Below are positions 20,708 to 28,908 of a stretch of DNA of 41,921 bases, piece by piece. Within the stretch, counting starts at the first letter, position 1, and each line of letters begins with the position of its first letter. The notes beneath the pieces were generated by a model, which did not search any database, was not told the DNA's origin, and was given only the letters and a program-made list of their open reading frames with translations. This stretch comes from Clostridiales bacterium (GTDB taxonomy: Bacteria > Bacillota > Clostridia > Oscillospirales > Oscillospiraceae): contig DYBS01000002.1 in NCBI GenBank assembly GCA_019418525.1, positions 1 to 41,921 of the forward strand, in the 5' to 3' direction. The position numbers were made by a program, and so were the translations under genes.

Positions 20708-22105
20708 TCAGAGCACCTCACTCAGGCGCTCTTTCATTTCCTCGGCGTCGATCTTGGTCTCGGTGAAGTGCTCCAGCGCCAGCACTGCCTGGTGGACCAG
20801 AAGGCCCATGCCGTTGGCGGTCCGATGCCCCCGCAGGTCGGCCTGGCGGAGGAGCTCCGTCTGGGCAGGGGCGTAGATGAGGTCCACCACCAGGGCCTCC
20901 CGGGGCAGCGCGTCCAGGAAGGCGAAGTCCTCAAACTGCCCCGCGGTCCCCTCCATGCCCAGAGAGGTGCAGTTGACCAGCACCCGGCACCCCTGGACGG
21001 CGGCGGCGAGCTCCTCGGACGTAAAGCCCATGGCGGTCAGGTGCTCCGGGTCGTGGGCGCAGAGGGCCTCCGCCTTCTCCCGGGAGCGGTTGCACACCGT
21101 CACTTGGGCCCCGGCCCGGGCCAGCTTCAGGCACACCGCCTTCGCGGCGCCCCCGGCCCCCAGCACCGTGACCGCTGTCCCGGCGGGTTCCACACCCTCG
21201 TCGGCCAGAGCCTGGAGAAAGCCCGCGCCGTCGGTGTTATAGCCATAGGTCCTGCCGTCCCGGATGCACACGGTATTCACCGCGCCGATGAGCCGGGCGT
21301 CCTCGTCCAGCTCGTCCAGCAGGGGGATCAGTTCCTCCTTGTGGGGCATGGTGGCGTTGAAGCCAGCATACCCGGCGAATTTGGCGCACTCCAGCCACTC
21401 CCGGCACCGTCCCCGGGGCACGCTCTGGCAGAGATAGACATAGTCCAGCCCTAGGGCTTTCAGCATGGTGTTCTGGATCAGGGGGGACTTGGAGTGCAGC
21501 ACCGGGTCCCCGATGACACAGAGTTTCCGGGTCGTATTGTTCAGTTCCACATTCATAGCAGTATCCCCCTTCTGTTTAGGTGCCGGGCGATGGTCGGGCA
21601 GCGCGGCGTTCACCCCCAGGGCGATGAGCAGCCCCACGATGGTCTCGATGATACGGGCGGCGGCGTAGTAGTACCGGGTCACCCCGGTGACGCCGGTGAT
21701 GAGGATGACACAGGGCAGGATGCAGGCCATGCCGCAGGCGGTGGGCCGCTTGATGAGCAGGCACAGCCACACCCCCGCCACACACACCGCGCCCAGCACC
21801 GGCACCTTTACCCAGGGATTGTCCAGCGCGGGCCCCAGCAGCAGAGTGGCGGTGCCCAGGGCTCCGCCCACCACCACGCCGATGAGGCGGGAGATCCCCT
21901 GCTGAAAGGTCTGGCCCAGGGTGCTCTGGGTGCAGATAATGCAGGCGATACAGGCGTACAGCGGCCCCAGCTGTCCCAGCACGCCCCCCAGCTCCTCCCG
22001 GTATAGGAGGCCGAAGGGGACAAACAGTGCATAGGACAACATCACCGACACGGCAGTCTTGACCACCCGCATCCCGATGCGCGGCAGGGGAACCGGATAT
22101 TTCAT
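20708..22105 (-). CDS. aroE: FUSC/aromatic-acid-exporter-like membrane domain fused in frame to shikimate dehydrogenase
   Basis: N-terminus RIGMRVVKTAVSV...YACIACIICTQ...ARIIETIVG; C-terminus GDPVLHSKSP, NATMPHKE, GAVNT, GYNTDGAG, GAGGAA. Internal SD and ATG at 21556. Confidence 0.85.
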   Translation of the reverse strand: MKYPVPLPRIGMRVVKTAVSVMLSYALFVPFGLLYREELGGVLGQLGPLYACIACIICTQSTLGQTFQQGISRLIGVVVGGALGTATLLLGPALDNPWVKVPVLGAVCVAGVWLCLLIKRPTACGMACILPCVILITGVTGVTRYYYAAARIIETIVGLLIALGVNAALPDHRPAPKQKGDTAMNVELNNTTRKLCVIGDPVLHSKSPLIQNTMLKALGLDYVYLCQSVPRGRCREWLECAKFAGYAGFNATMPHKEELIPLLDELDEDARLIGAVNTVCIRDGRTYGYNTDGAGFLQALADEGVEPAGTAVTVLGAGGAAKAVCLKLARAGAQVTVCNRSREKAEALCAHDPEHLTAMGFTSEELAAAVQGCRVLVNCTSLGMEGTAGQFEDFAFLDALPREALVVDLIYAPAQTELLRQADLRGHRTANGMGLLVHQAVLALEHFTETKIDAEEMKERLSEVL

Positions 22106-22166
22106 TTTCTTCTCCTTTTTATACTCTGTGGAAGCTCACAGTCAGCTCAATGGAAGCTCTCTTAGG

Positions 22167-22601
22167 TTACTTTCTCTCTTGAGAGAGAAAGTAACTCATG
22201 GCGGCCTCGTAGCCGTACAGGCCCAGGCCGCAGATCTGGCCCACACAGGCGGGGGCGGTAACGCTCTTGTGGCGGAACTCCTCCCGCTGGTGGATGTTGG
22301 AGATGTGGACCTCCACGCAGGGCACCGAAATGGCCTTCAGGGCGTCCAGAATGGCCACCGAGTAGTGGGTGTAGGCCCCGGGATTCATAACGATGGCGTC
22401 GTATACCCCGTCGGCCTCCTGGATGGCGTCCACGATGGCCCCCTCGTGGTTGGACTGGAAGCAGTCGGCGGTGGAGTTATGGGCGGCGGCGAACTCTTTC
22501 AGGTGGGCGCACAGGCTCTCGTAGTTCTCCGAGCCGTAGATGCCCGGCTCCCGCTTGCCCAGCAGGTTCAGGTTAGGTCCGTTGATGATGAGGAATTTCA
22601 C
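22167..22601 (-). CDS. aroQ: Type II 3-dehydroquinate dehydratase
   Basis: INGPNLNLLGKREPGIYG, QSNHEG, EVHISNIHQREEFR. Confidence 0.96.
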   Translation of the reverse strand: MKFLIINGPNLNLLGKREPGIYGSENYESLCAHLKEFAAAHNSTADCFQSNHEGAIVDAIQEADGVYDAIVMNPGAYTHYSVAILDALKAISVPCVEVHISNIHQREEFRHKSVTAPACVGQICGLGLYGYEAAMSYFLSQERK

Positions 22602-23092
22602 AGCTTCAGCACCTCCAGAATGGCGTCGGCCGCCGCCTCGGGGGACGGCGGATCGGAAATGACATGATGGGCCCAGCGGCGGTACACCGGCTCCCGCTGG
22701 ACGAAGCGCTCCACAAAGGCCGCCCGGCCCTCTTGAGCCAGGGGCCGGTCCCCCAGCACGCCAGAGTCGTAAGTAACACCCGGGTCCCGGCAGAGAAAAA
22801 ACACCGTGCCGCTCCCGTGGAGGGGCCGGATGGCCTCCTCCCGCAGGGGAAGCCCCCCGCCGCAGGAGATGACAAGCCCGGTTTTTCCGGCCAGCTCCCC
22901 GGCCACGCGCTCCTCACAGGTGCGGAAATAGTCCTCCCCCCGCTCCCGGAAGAGCCAGGGAATGGTGCGGCCCTCCCGGGCCTCGATGAGGGCGTCGGTG
23001 TCGATGAGCTCCACCCCCAGCTTTTGAGCCAGGAGGGCCCCCACCGTGGACTTGCCGCAGCCCATCATACCGATCAGGACGATGTTCTTCAT
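22598..23092 (-). CDS. aroK: Shikimate kinase
   Basis: IGMMGCGKSTVG, DTD, GEDYFR, SCGGG, RPL. Confidence 0.95.
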   Translation of the reverse strand: MKNIVLIGMMGCGKSTVGALLAQKLGVELIDTDALIEAREGRTIPWLFRERGEDYFRTCEERVAGELAGKTGLVISCGGGLPLREEAIRPLHGSGTVFFLCRDPGVTYDSGVLGDRPLAQEGRAAFVERFVQREPVYRRWAHHVISDPPSPEAAADAILEVLKL

Positions 23093-24246
23093 GGCTCGTA
23101 CCCCTTGAAATTGCCCAGCACCCGCATCTCACTGGAGAGTTGGGAGAGCTCGTGGAGCACTCCGTCCATACCGGGGGCGAGCAGGTCCCCCGAAAACTCC
23201 AGGAAGAAGAGGTACTCCCAGCTCCGCCCCGGAATGGGCCGGGACTCCAGCTTCAGAAGGTTCAGCCCCTGGACCGCGAAGAGGGTCAGAATCTGGTGGA
23301 GGGAGCCACTCTGGTGGGGTAGGCGGAAGAGGGCGGAGATCTTGTCCCGGCGCTCCCGCAGCTCCATCACCGGGGAGACCACCACGAAGCGGGTGTGGTT
23401 GAGGGAGTTGTAGTTGGTGCCCTCCACCAGGATGTTGAGGCCGTAGAGCTGGGCAGCCCGGCGGGAGCAGATGGCCCCGGCGGTGCGGTCCCCGGTCTCG
23501 GCCACCTGCTTGGCCGACCCCGCGGTGTCCAGGGTGGGCACCCGCCGCCAGTCCCGGTGTTGGTCCAAAAACTCCTCGCTCTGCATGAGGCCCTGCTCAT
23601 GGGAGTAGACGGTGCGGATGTCCGCCATGGTCACCCCGGGGAGGGCCATCAGGCAGTGCTCCACCTTCACGTCGTACTCCCCCACCACATAGTAGCGGTA
23701 CTGGGCCAGCAGGTCGTACACCTGCCGGATGGAGCCGGTGGAGCTGTTCTCGATGGGGAGCACGGCGTAGTCGGCCTCCCCCCGCTCCAGGGCGGCGAAC
23801 ACGTCGGAGAACCAGGGACAGCCCTTGCTGTCCACGTCCTCACCGAAGAAGCCGGCGGCGGCCTCCTCGCTGTAACAGCCCGGCTCCCCCTGATAGACCA
23901 CCCGGGGGCGCTCCACCGGCGTCCGGGCCCCGGCCAGGGCGGCGGCGTAGGCGGCGTAGCCCGGGTCCTCGGTGCCCTCCTTCACCAGGTGGCGCTGCTG
24001 GCGGCGGGAGATGGCCATGATGGTCTCATAGAGCTCCGCCAGATCGGCCCGGCGGGCCGGGTCGTCGGTGAGGGCGGTCTTGGCGGCGATGACCCGCTTT
24101 TCCCGCTCGGCGTCCAGGACCGGCACGCCGTTCTGCTGCTTCCACTCCCCCACCTTGCCGGTGACTTCCATCCGCCGGAGGAACAGGTCCACCAGTTTTT
24201 GGTCGATGGCGTCGATCTCCTGTCGGTATTGCTCCAGTTGACTCAT
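23089..24246 (-). CDS. pheA: Chorismate mutase / prephenate dehydratase
   Basis: N-terminal CM domain (RQEIDAID...LDAERE); PDT motifs YQGEPGCYS, PIENS, TRF; ACT motif ESRP. Confidence 0.93.
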   Translation of the reverse strand: MSQLEQYRQEIDAIDQKLVDLFLRRMEVTGKVGEWKQQNGVPVLDAEREKRVIAAKTALTDDPARRADLAELYETIMAISRRQQRHLVKEGTEDPGYAAYAAALAGARTPVERPRVVYQGEPGCYSEEAAAGFFGEDVDSKGCPWFSDVFAALERGEADYAVLPIENSSTGSIRQVYDLLAQYRYYVVGEYDVKVEHCLMALPGVTMADIRTVYSHEQGLMQSEEFLDQHRDWRRVPTLDTAGSAKQVAETGDRTAGAICSRRAAQLYGLNILVEGTNYNSLNHTRFVVVSPVMELRERRDKISALFRLPHQSGSLHQILTLFAVQGLNLLKLESRPIPGRSWEYLFFLEFSGDLLAPGMDGVLHELSQLSSEMRVLGNFKGYEP

Positions 24247-24281
24247 CTTTGTCGCTCTCCTTTTCCAGACAATCCAATTCT

Positions 24282-25259
24282 TTAAATCCCCAGCACCTCA
24301 CAGGCGGCCAGGGCGGCGGCGGCCTCCACCACCGGCACCGCCCGCAGCACCACGCAGGGGTCGTGGCGGCCCTCCACCACCAGCTCCGTCTCCTCCATGC
24401 GGGACAGGCTCACCGTCCGCTGGGGTTTGGAGATGGACGGGGTGGGGCGGAACACCACCTCAAAGTCCACCGGCATGCCGTTGGTGATGCCGCCGTTGAC
24501 GCCGCCGGCGTGGTTGGTGGCGGTGGCCACGTGGTCCCCCTCCAGGCAGAAGGGGTCATTGGCCTCACTGCCCCGCATGGAGGCCAGGGCGAAGCCCGCG
24601 CCAAAGGAAATGCCCTTCACAGCGGGGACGGCGAAGAGGTACTGGGCAAAGATGCCCTCCACATTACAGCCGAAGTCGGGGGAGCCCAGCCCGGCGGGCA
24701 GACCCTCCACAGCGCAGCGGACGCATCCGCCCACGCTGTCCCCCTCCCCCTTGGCCGCCAGAATGGCCGCCTGGGCCTGCTCCGGCGTGGGGTCGGGGAT
24801 GCCCGCCAGGTTGGACACATGGGCGGAAATGGTGACGCCGTGCTCCTTCAGCACCAGCTTGGCCACCGCTCCGGCGAACACCAGGGGCGCGGTGAGCCGC
24901 CCGGAGAAGTGCCCGCCTCCCCGGTAGTCATTGCAGCCGCCGTAGCGCACCTGTCCGGTGTAGTCGGCGTGGCCGGGCCGGGGCATGTCCCGGAGTTTGC
25001 TGTAATCCTTGCTGCGGGTGTCGGTGTTGCGGATAATCGCGCACAGAGGGGTGCCGGTGGTTTTCCCCTCAAAGACGCCGGACAGAATCTCCGGCTCGTC
25101 GGCCTCCCGCCGGGCGGTGGAGGTGGCGTTCTGGCCCGGGGCCCGGCGCTTGAGCTCAGAGCGGATGAAGTCCAGATCCAGCTCCACCCCGGAGGGCAGC
25201 CCCTCCAGCGTGACGCCGATGGCCGGGCCGTGGGATTCGCCAAAGATGGTATAGCGCAT
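24282..25259 (-). CDS. aroC: Chorismate synthase
   Basis: FGESHG, RPGHAD, RGGGHFSGRLT, GRHDPC. Confidence 0.96.
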   Translation of the reverse strand: MRYTIFGESHGPAIGVTLEGLPSGVELDLDFIRSELKRRAPGQNATSTARREADEPEILSGVFEGKTTGTPLCAIIRNTDTRSKDYSKLRDMPRPGHADYTGQVRYGGCNDYRGGGHFSGRLTAPLVFAGAVAKLVLKEHGVTISAHVSNLAGIPDPTPEQAQAAILAAKGEGDSVGGCVRCAVEGLPAGLGSPDFGCNVEGIFAQYLFAVPAVKGISFGAGFALASMRGSEANDPFCLEGDHVATATNHAGGVNGGITNGMPVDFEVVFRPTPSISKPQRTVSLSRMEETELVVEGRHDPCVVLRAVPVVEAAAALAACEVLGI

Positions 25260-25260
25260 A

Positions 25261-26493
25261 TTACTCCTCCTCCCGGACGATCTGGCCGCCCATGGCCTCG
25301 TAGTCCTCCCAGAAGTGGGGATAGGACTTTTTCACGCACTCGGCCCCGGTGATGGTCACCGGAGCTTCGCAGCGGGTAGCGGCAATGGCAGCCATCATGG
25401 CGATGCGGTGGTCGTTGTGGGCGCTCACCGTGACGCCGCCGGGGAGGGTCTCCTTGCCGTGGAAGGTGAGGAAATCCGGCCCCTCCTCCACGTCGCCGCC
25501 CAGGGCGGTGAGGACCTCGGTCACGGTGGCCAGGCGGTCGCTCTCCTTGAGGCGCAGGCGGGCGGCGTTCACCAGACGGGTGGTCTCCCCCGCCCGCAGC
25601 ACCGCGTGGGCCGCCAGGGGGGGCACCAGGTCGGGACACTGGCTCACGTCCAGCTCCTGCTCCCCTACCTCCCGCAGGCGGAGCCAGTAGGGCACGATGC
25701 GCATGTCGCCCTGGACCGAGAAGGCGTTGAGCCCCTCCAGGTCCATCTCGTTGCCCACGCCGATGGCGGCGTACCAGAAGGCGGCCTGGGAGTAGTCCCC
25801 CTCGATGGTCAGGTCCCGGTGCCGGTAGATCTGGTTGCCGGGTACCTGAAAGGTGCGCTTCCCGTCCCACTCCACCTTGACTTCAAACTGCTCCAGGGCG
25901 TCCAGGGTCATGTCCACATAGCCCCGGCTCTCCAGGTCGGTGGTGAGATGGATCTCGCTGTCCCCGTCCAGGAGGGGCAGGGAGAAGAGAAGCCCCGTCA
26001 CGAACTGGCTGGACACGTCCCCGGGAAGGGAGTACACCCCCGGGGTCAGCTTCCCCTCCACCGTGAGGATGTTGTCTTTCAGCTCATAGGAGATGCCCTT
26101 CTCCTCAAAGATCCGGAAGTAGGGCTCCTGGGGCCGCTCCATGAGCCGCCCGTGGCCGGTGAAGCGTCCCTTCCCCTTCAAAGCCAGGGCCAGAGGGATG
26201 AGGAAGCGCAGGGTAGAGCCGCTCTCCCCGCAGTCCATCAGCTCCGGGGCGGGGTCGTCGTGGCCGTCCACCAGGTCGGCCCCCCGGATGATGGTTCCGT
26301 CGGCGGAGGCGTCGGCGTCCAGGGTGCGCATACAGCGGAGGGTGGCCTGGATATCGTCGGACAGGAGCACGTTGGAGAGGTGACAGAAGCCGTCGGACAG
26401 GGCGGCGGCGATGATGAGCCGGTGGCTCTGGGACTTGCTGGGCGGGGGCGTCAGCACGCCCCGCAGACGGGTGGGTGTGATGGTGACCTTCAT
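25261..26493 (-). CDS. aroA: EPSP synthase
   Basis: PPSKSQSHR, GESGSTLRF, SSQFVTG, RLKESDR, DHRIAM, KSYP. Confidence 0.96.
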   Translation of the reverse strand: MKVTITPTRLRGVLTPPPSKSQSHRLIIAAALSDGFCHLSNVLLSDDIQATLRCMRTLDADASADGTIIRGADLVDGHDDPAPELMDCGESGSTLRFLIPLALALKGKGRFTGHGRLMERPQEPYFRIFEEKGISYELKDNILTVEGKLTPGVYSLPGDVSSQFVTGLLFSLPLLDGDSEIHLTTDLESRGYVDMTLDALEQFEVKVEWDGKRTFQVPGNQIYRHRDLTIEGDYSQAAFWYAAIGVGNEMDLEGLNAFSVQGDMRIVPYWLRLREVGEQELDVSQCPDLVPPLAAHAVLRAGETTRLVNAARLRLKESDRLATVTEVLTALGGDVEEGPDFLTFHGKETLPGGVTVSAHNDHRIAMMAAIAATRCEAPVTITGAECVKKSYPHFWEDYEAMGGQIVREEE

Positions 26494-27554
26494 TTCAGTT
26501 CCTCCAGCAGCTGTGCCTTGGGCATTTTATGGGGAATGGCCTTCCCCAGCTTCTCCAGCAGGATGAGGGTGATGTCCGCCCCCGTCCCCTTCTTGTCAAG
26601 ACCCACGGCGGCGTCATACTGCTCCGCCGTGCAGGGGATGGACTCCGGCAGGCCGAAGGCGGCGGTGAGGGCGGCGATGCGCGCCCCCGTTCCGGCGGGG
26701 GTGACCCCCCACCGCTCGCCCAGCGCGGCGGCCTGCACCATCCCGGCGGCCACGGCCTGGCCGTGGGTCCAGGTCTGGTAATTCCCCGCCAGCTCGTAGG
26801 CGTGGCCCAGGGTGTGGCCGAAGTTGAGGAGCATCCGTCTCCCGGTGTCCCGCTCGTCCTCTTCCACAACGATTCGTTTTAAATCGCAGCAGGTATACAA
26901 AACGTGTTCGATCTCTTCCATGATCTGGGCCCGGCCGGGGCGCTGGGCCAGGAAGTCGAAGAAAGGCTCATCCAGGATGCAGCCGTACTTGATGACCTCC
27001 GCCATGCCGTCGGCGAAGGTGGCGTCGGGCAGGGTGTCCAGGGTGTCCGGGTCCATGAGGACCAGCCTGGGCTGCCAGAAGGCCCCGGCTAAATTCTTCC
27101 CGTGCTGGAGGTCGATGGCCACTTTGCCCCCCACCGAGGAGTCCACCTGGGCCAGGAGGGTGGTGGGGATCTGGACGAAGTCCACCCCCCGCAGGAAGGT
27201 GGCGGCGGCAAAGCCCGCCAAATCCCCCACCACGCCGCCGCCCAGGGCGATCACAGCGTCGGTGCGGGTGAGGCCGAAGTGAGCGAAGCCTTCCCAGAGC
27301 TGTTCCAGGGCGGGAGCGCACTTGGAGGGCTCCCCCGCCGGGAGGGTGAAGCCCCGGGCCTCGAACCCGGCGGCGTTCAGGCTCTCCCCCAGCTTTCCGG
27401 CGTAGAGAGGCCCCACATTGGAGTCGGTGACCACCGCCAGGCGGCGGGCCCGGGGCAGCACCTCCCGGCACAGTTCCCCAGCCCGGCTGAGGAGCCCCCG
27501 CTCGATGCGGATGTCATAGTCCCGTCCGGGCAGATGGACCGTCAGAGTTTTCAT
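26490..27554 (-). CDS. aroB: 3-dehydroquinate synthase
   Basis: GGGVVGDLAGF, PTTLLAQVDSSVGGK, LNFGHTLGHA. Confidence 0.96.
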   Translation of the reverse strand: MKTLTVHLPGRDYDIRIERGLLSRAGELCREVLPRARRLAVVTDSNVGPLYAGKLGESLNAAGFEARGFTLPAGEPSKCAPALEQLWEGFAHFGLTRTDAVIALGGGVVGDLAGFAAATFLRGVDFVQIPTTLLAQVDSSVGGKVAIDLQHGKNLAGAFWQPRLVLMDPDTLDTLPDATFADGMAEVIKYGCILDEPFFDFLAQRPGRAQIMEEIEHVLYTCCDLKRIVVEEDERDTGRRMLLNFGHTLGHAYELAGNYQTWTHGQAVAAGMVQAAALGERWGVTPAGTGARIAALTAAFGLPESIPCTAEQYDAAVGLDKKGTGADITLILLEKLGKAIPHKMPKAQLLEELK

Positions 27555-27566
27555 ACGCTTCTCTCC

Positions 27567-28580
27567 TTACATCTGGCTCTCCCGCCAGGCCCGCAGGCTC
27601 TCCACCTTCTTCATCAGGGCGTCGAACTTCTCGGGGGTGAGGGACTGCTGGCCGTCGCACTTGGCGTGGGCGGGGTCGTTGTGGACCTCGATGATGAGGC
27701 CGTCGGCTCCGATGGCGGTGGCGGCCAGCGCCAGGGGCTCCACCATCCAGTACATGCCCGCGGCGTGGGAGGGATCCACGATGATGGGCAGGTGGCTCAT
27801 CTTCTTTACCGCAGGGATGGCGGACAGATCCAGGGTGTTGCGGGTGTAGGTCTCGAAGGTGCGCACGCCCCGCTCGCAGAGGATGACGTTCTCGTTGCCG
27901 GAGGCCATGATGTACTCGGCGGACATGATCCACTCCTCATAGGTGTTGGCCAGGCCACGCTTGAGGAGGATGGGCTTGCTCAGCTTTCCCACCTCTTTGA
28001 GAAGGTCGAAGTTCTGCATGTTCCGGGCGCCGATCTGCACCAGGTCCACCTTCTCCTCAAAAAGCTCGGCGTACCGGGGGGCCATGATCTCGCTGACCAC
28101 GGGGAGTCCAGTGGCCTTCTTGGCCTCCAGCAGCAGGTCCAGGCCGCTCTCGCCCATGCCCTGGAAGGAGTAGGGAGAGGTGCGGGGCTTGAAGGCGCCG
28201 CCCCGGAGCATCTGGGCGCCGGAGGCCTTTACGGCCTTGGCGATGCCGGTGACCTGCTCCGCGCTCTCCACCGAGCAGGGCCCGGCGATGACCGTGAAGT
28301 GGCCTCCGCCCACTTTGACCCCCTGCACGTCCACCACGGTGTCCTCCGGGTGGAACTTGCGGTTGGCCTTCTTGTAGGGCTCCTGGACGCGCATGACCCG
28401 CTCCACGTGGGGGTCGATGCTGATCTTGTCCATGTCCACGGCGGTGGTGTCGCCCACCAGGCCCAGGATGGTGCAGCCCACGCCGTTGGTGACGCCCACC
28501 TCCAGGCCCATCTTCTGGAACCGCTGGACCAGCCGGTCAATGTCCTGCTTCTGCGTACCGGGTTTCATGACGACTACCAT
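27567..28580 (-). CDS. aroF: DAHP synthase (type I-beta with N-terminal regulatory domain)
   Basis: IAGPCSVES, RGGAFKPRTSPYSFQG, IGARNMQNF, LCERG, DPSH. Start MVVVMKPG. Confidence 0.95.
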   Translation of the reverse strand: MVVVMKPGTQKQDIDRLVQRFQKMGLEVGVTNGVGCTILGLVGDTTAVDMDKISIDPHVERVMRVQEPYKKANRKFHPEDTVVDVQGVKVGGGHFTVIAGPCSVESAEQVTGIAKAVKASGAQMLRGGAFKPRTSPYSFQGMGESGLDLLLEAKKATGLPVVSEIMAPRYAELFEEKVDLVQIGARNMQNFDLLKEVGKLSKPILLKRGLANTYEEWIMSAEYIMASGNENVILCERGVRTFETYTRNTLDLSAIPAVKKMSHLPIIVDPSHAAGMYWMVEPLALAATAIGADGLIIEVHNDPAHAKCDGQQSLTPEKFDALMKKVESLRAWRESQM

Positions 28581-28613
28581 AATGATACAACTTCCTTTCT
28601 GTTTCTGCACAGC

Positions 28614-28653
28614 AAAAAGAGAGCGCCCACTGATGAAATCAATGAGCGCTCTC
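28614..28653 (-). terminator. Attenuator terminator upstream of aroF
   Basis: GAGAGCGCUCAUUGA-UUUCA-UCAGUGGGCGCUCUC-UUUUU, located between the promoter/leader ORF and aroF. Confidence 0.85.
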
Positions 28654-28711
28654 CAGCATGGCGACTGAATGAGGATCCACGGCGCCTGTTTTTCAAACAG
28701 GCCCGTCCCAT

Positions 28712-28816
28712 TTATTCCATCCCTGTTTTTTCCACGTCAAAGAGGCCGGTGCCCATAAATCGAGCCCAGCCATAGGAAAAGACGAAGGATGCAGTTGTGA
28801 GGTCGGTCAGCTTCAT
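28712..28816 (-). CDS. Putative aro operon leader peptide (34 aa; Phe x4, Tyr, Trp)
   Basis: MKLTDLTTASFVFSYGWARFMGTGLFDVEKTGME*; GAGGA SD; lies between promoter and terminator. Confidence 0.7.
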   Translation of the reverse strand: MKLTDLTTASFVFSYGWARFMGTGLFDVEKTGME

Positions 28817-28848
28817 GGATAAATCCTCACAAGAAAATGGTTAAACGT

Positions 28849-28877
28849 ATTATATACTCCGCCGCGCCCGATTGCAA
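28849..28877 (-). promoter_or_regulatory. Sigma-A promoter of the aro operon
   Basis: TTGCAA-17 nt-TATAAT. Confidence 0.8.
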
Positions 28878-28899
28878 GAGGCAATTTGGCGCGGCGGAG
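28857..28899. repeat. Inverted repeat after the SLH gene, overlapping the aro promoter
   Basis: CTCCGCCGCGCC(28857-28868)/GGCGCGGCGGAG(28888-28899) with inner ATTGC/GCAAT. Confidence 0.7.
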
Positions 28900-28908
28900 C
28901 AAATCGCT

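Noticed and set aside
28581..28848. T-box riboswitch upstream of aroF
   Set aside because: No T-box consensus (GGUGGNACC) or stem I AGUA/GAA motifs are recognisable. A leader ORF explains the layout better.
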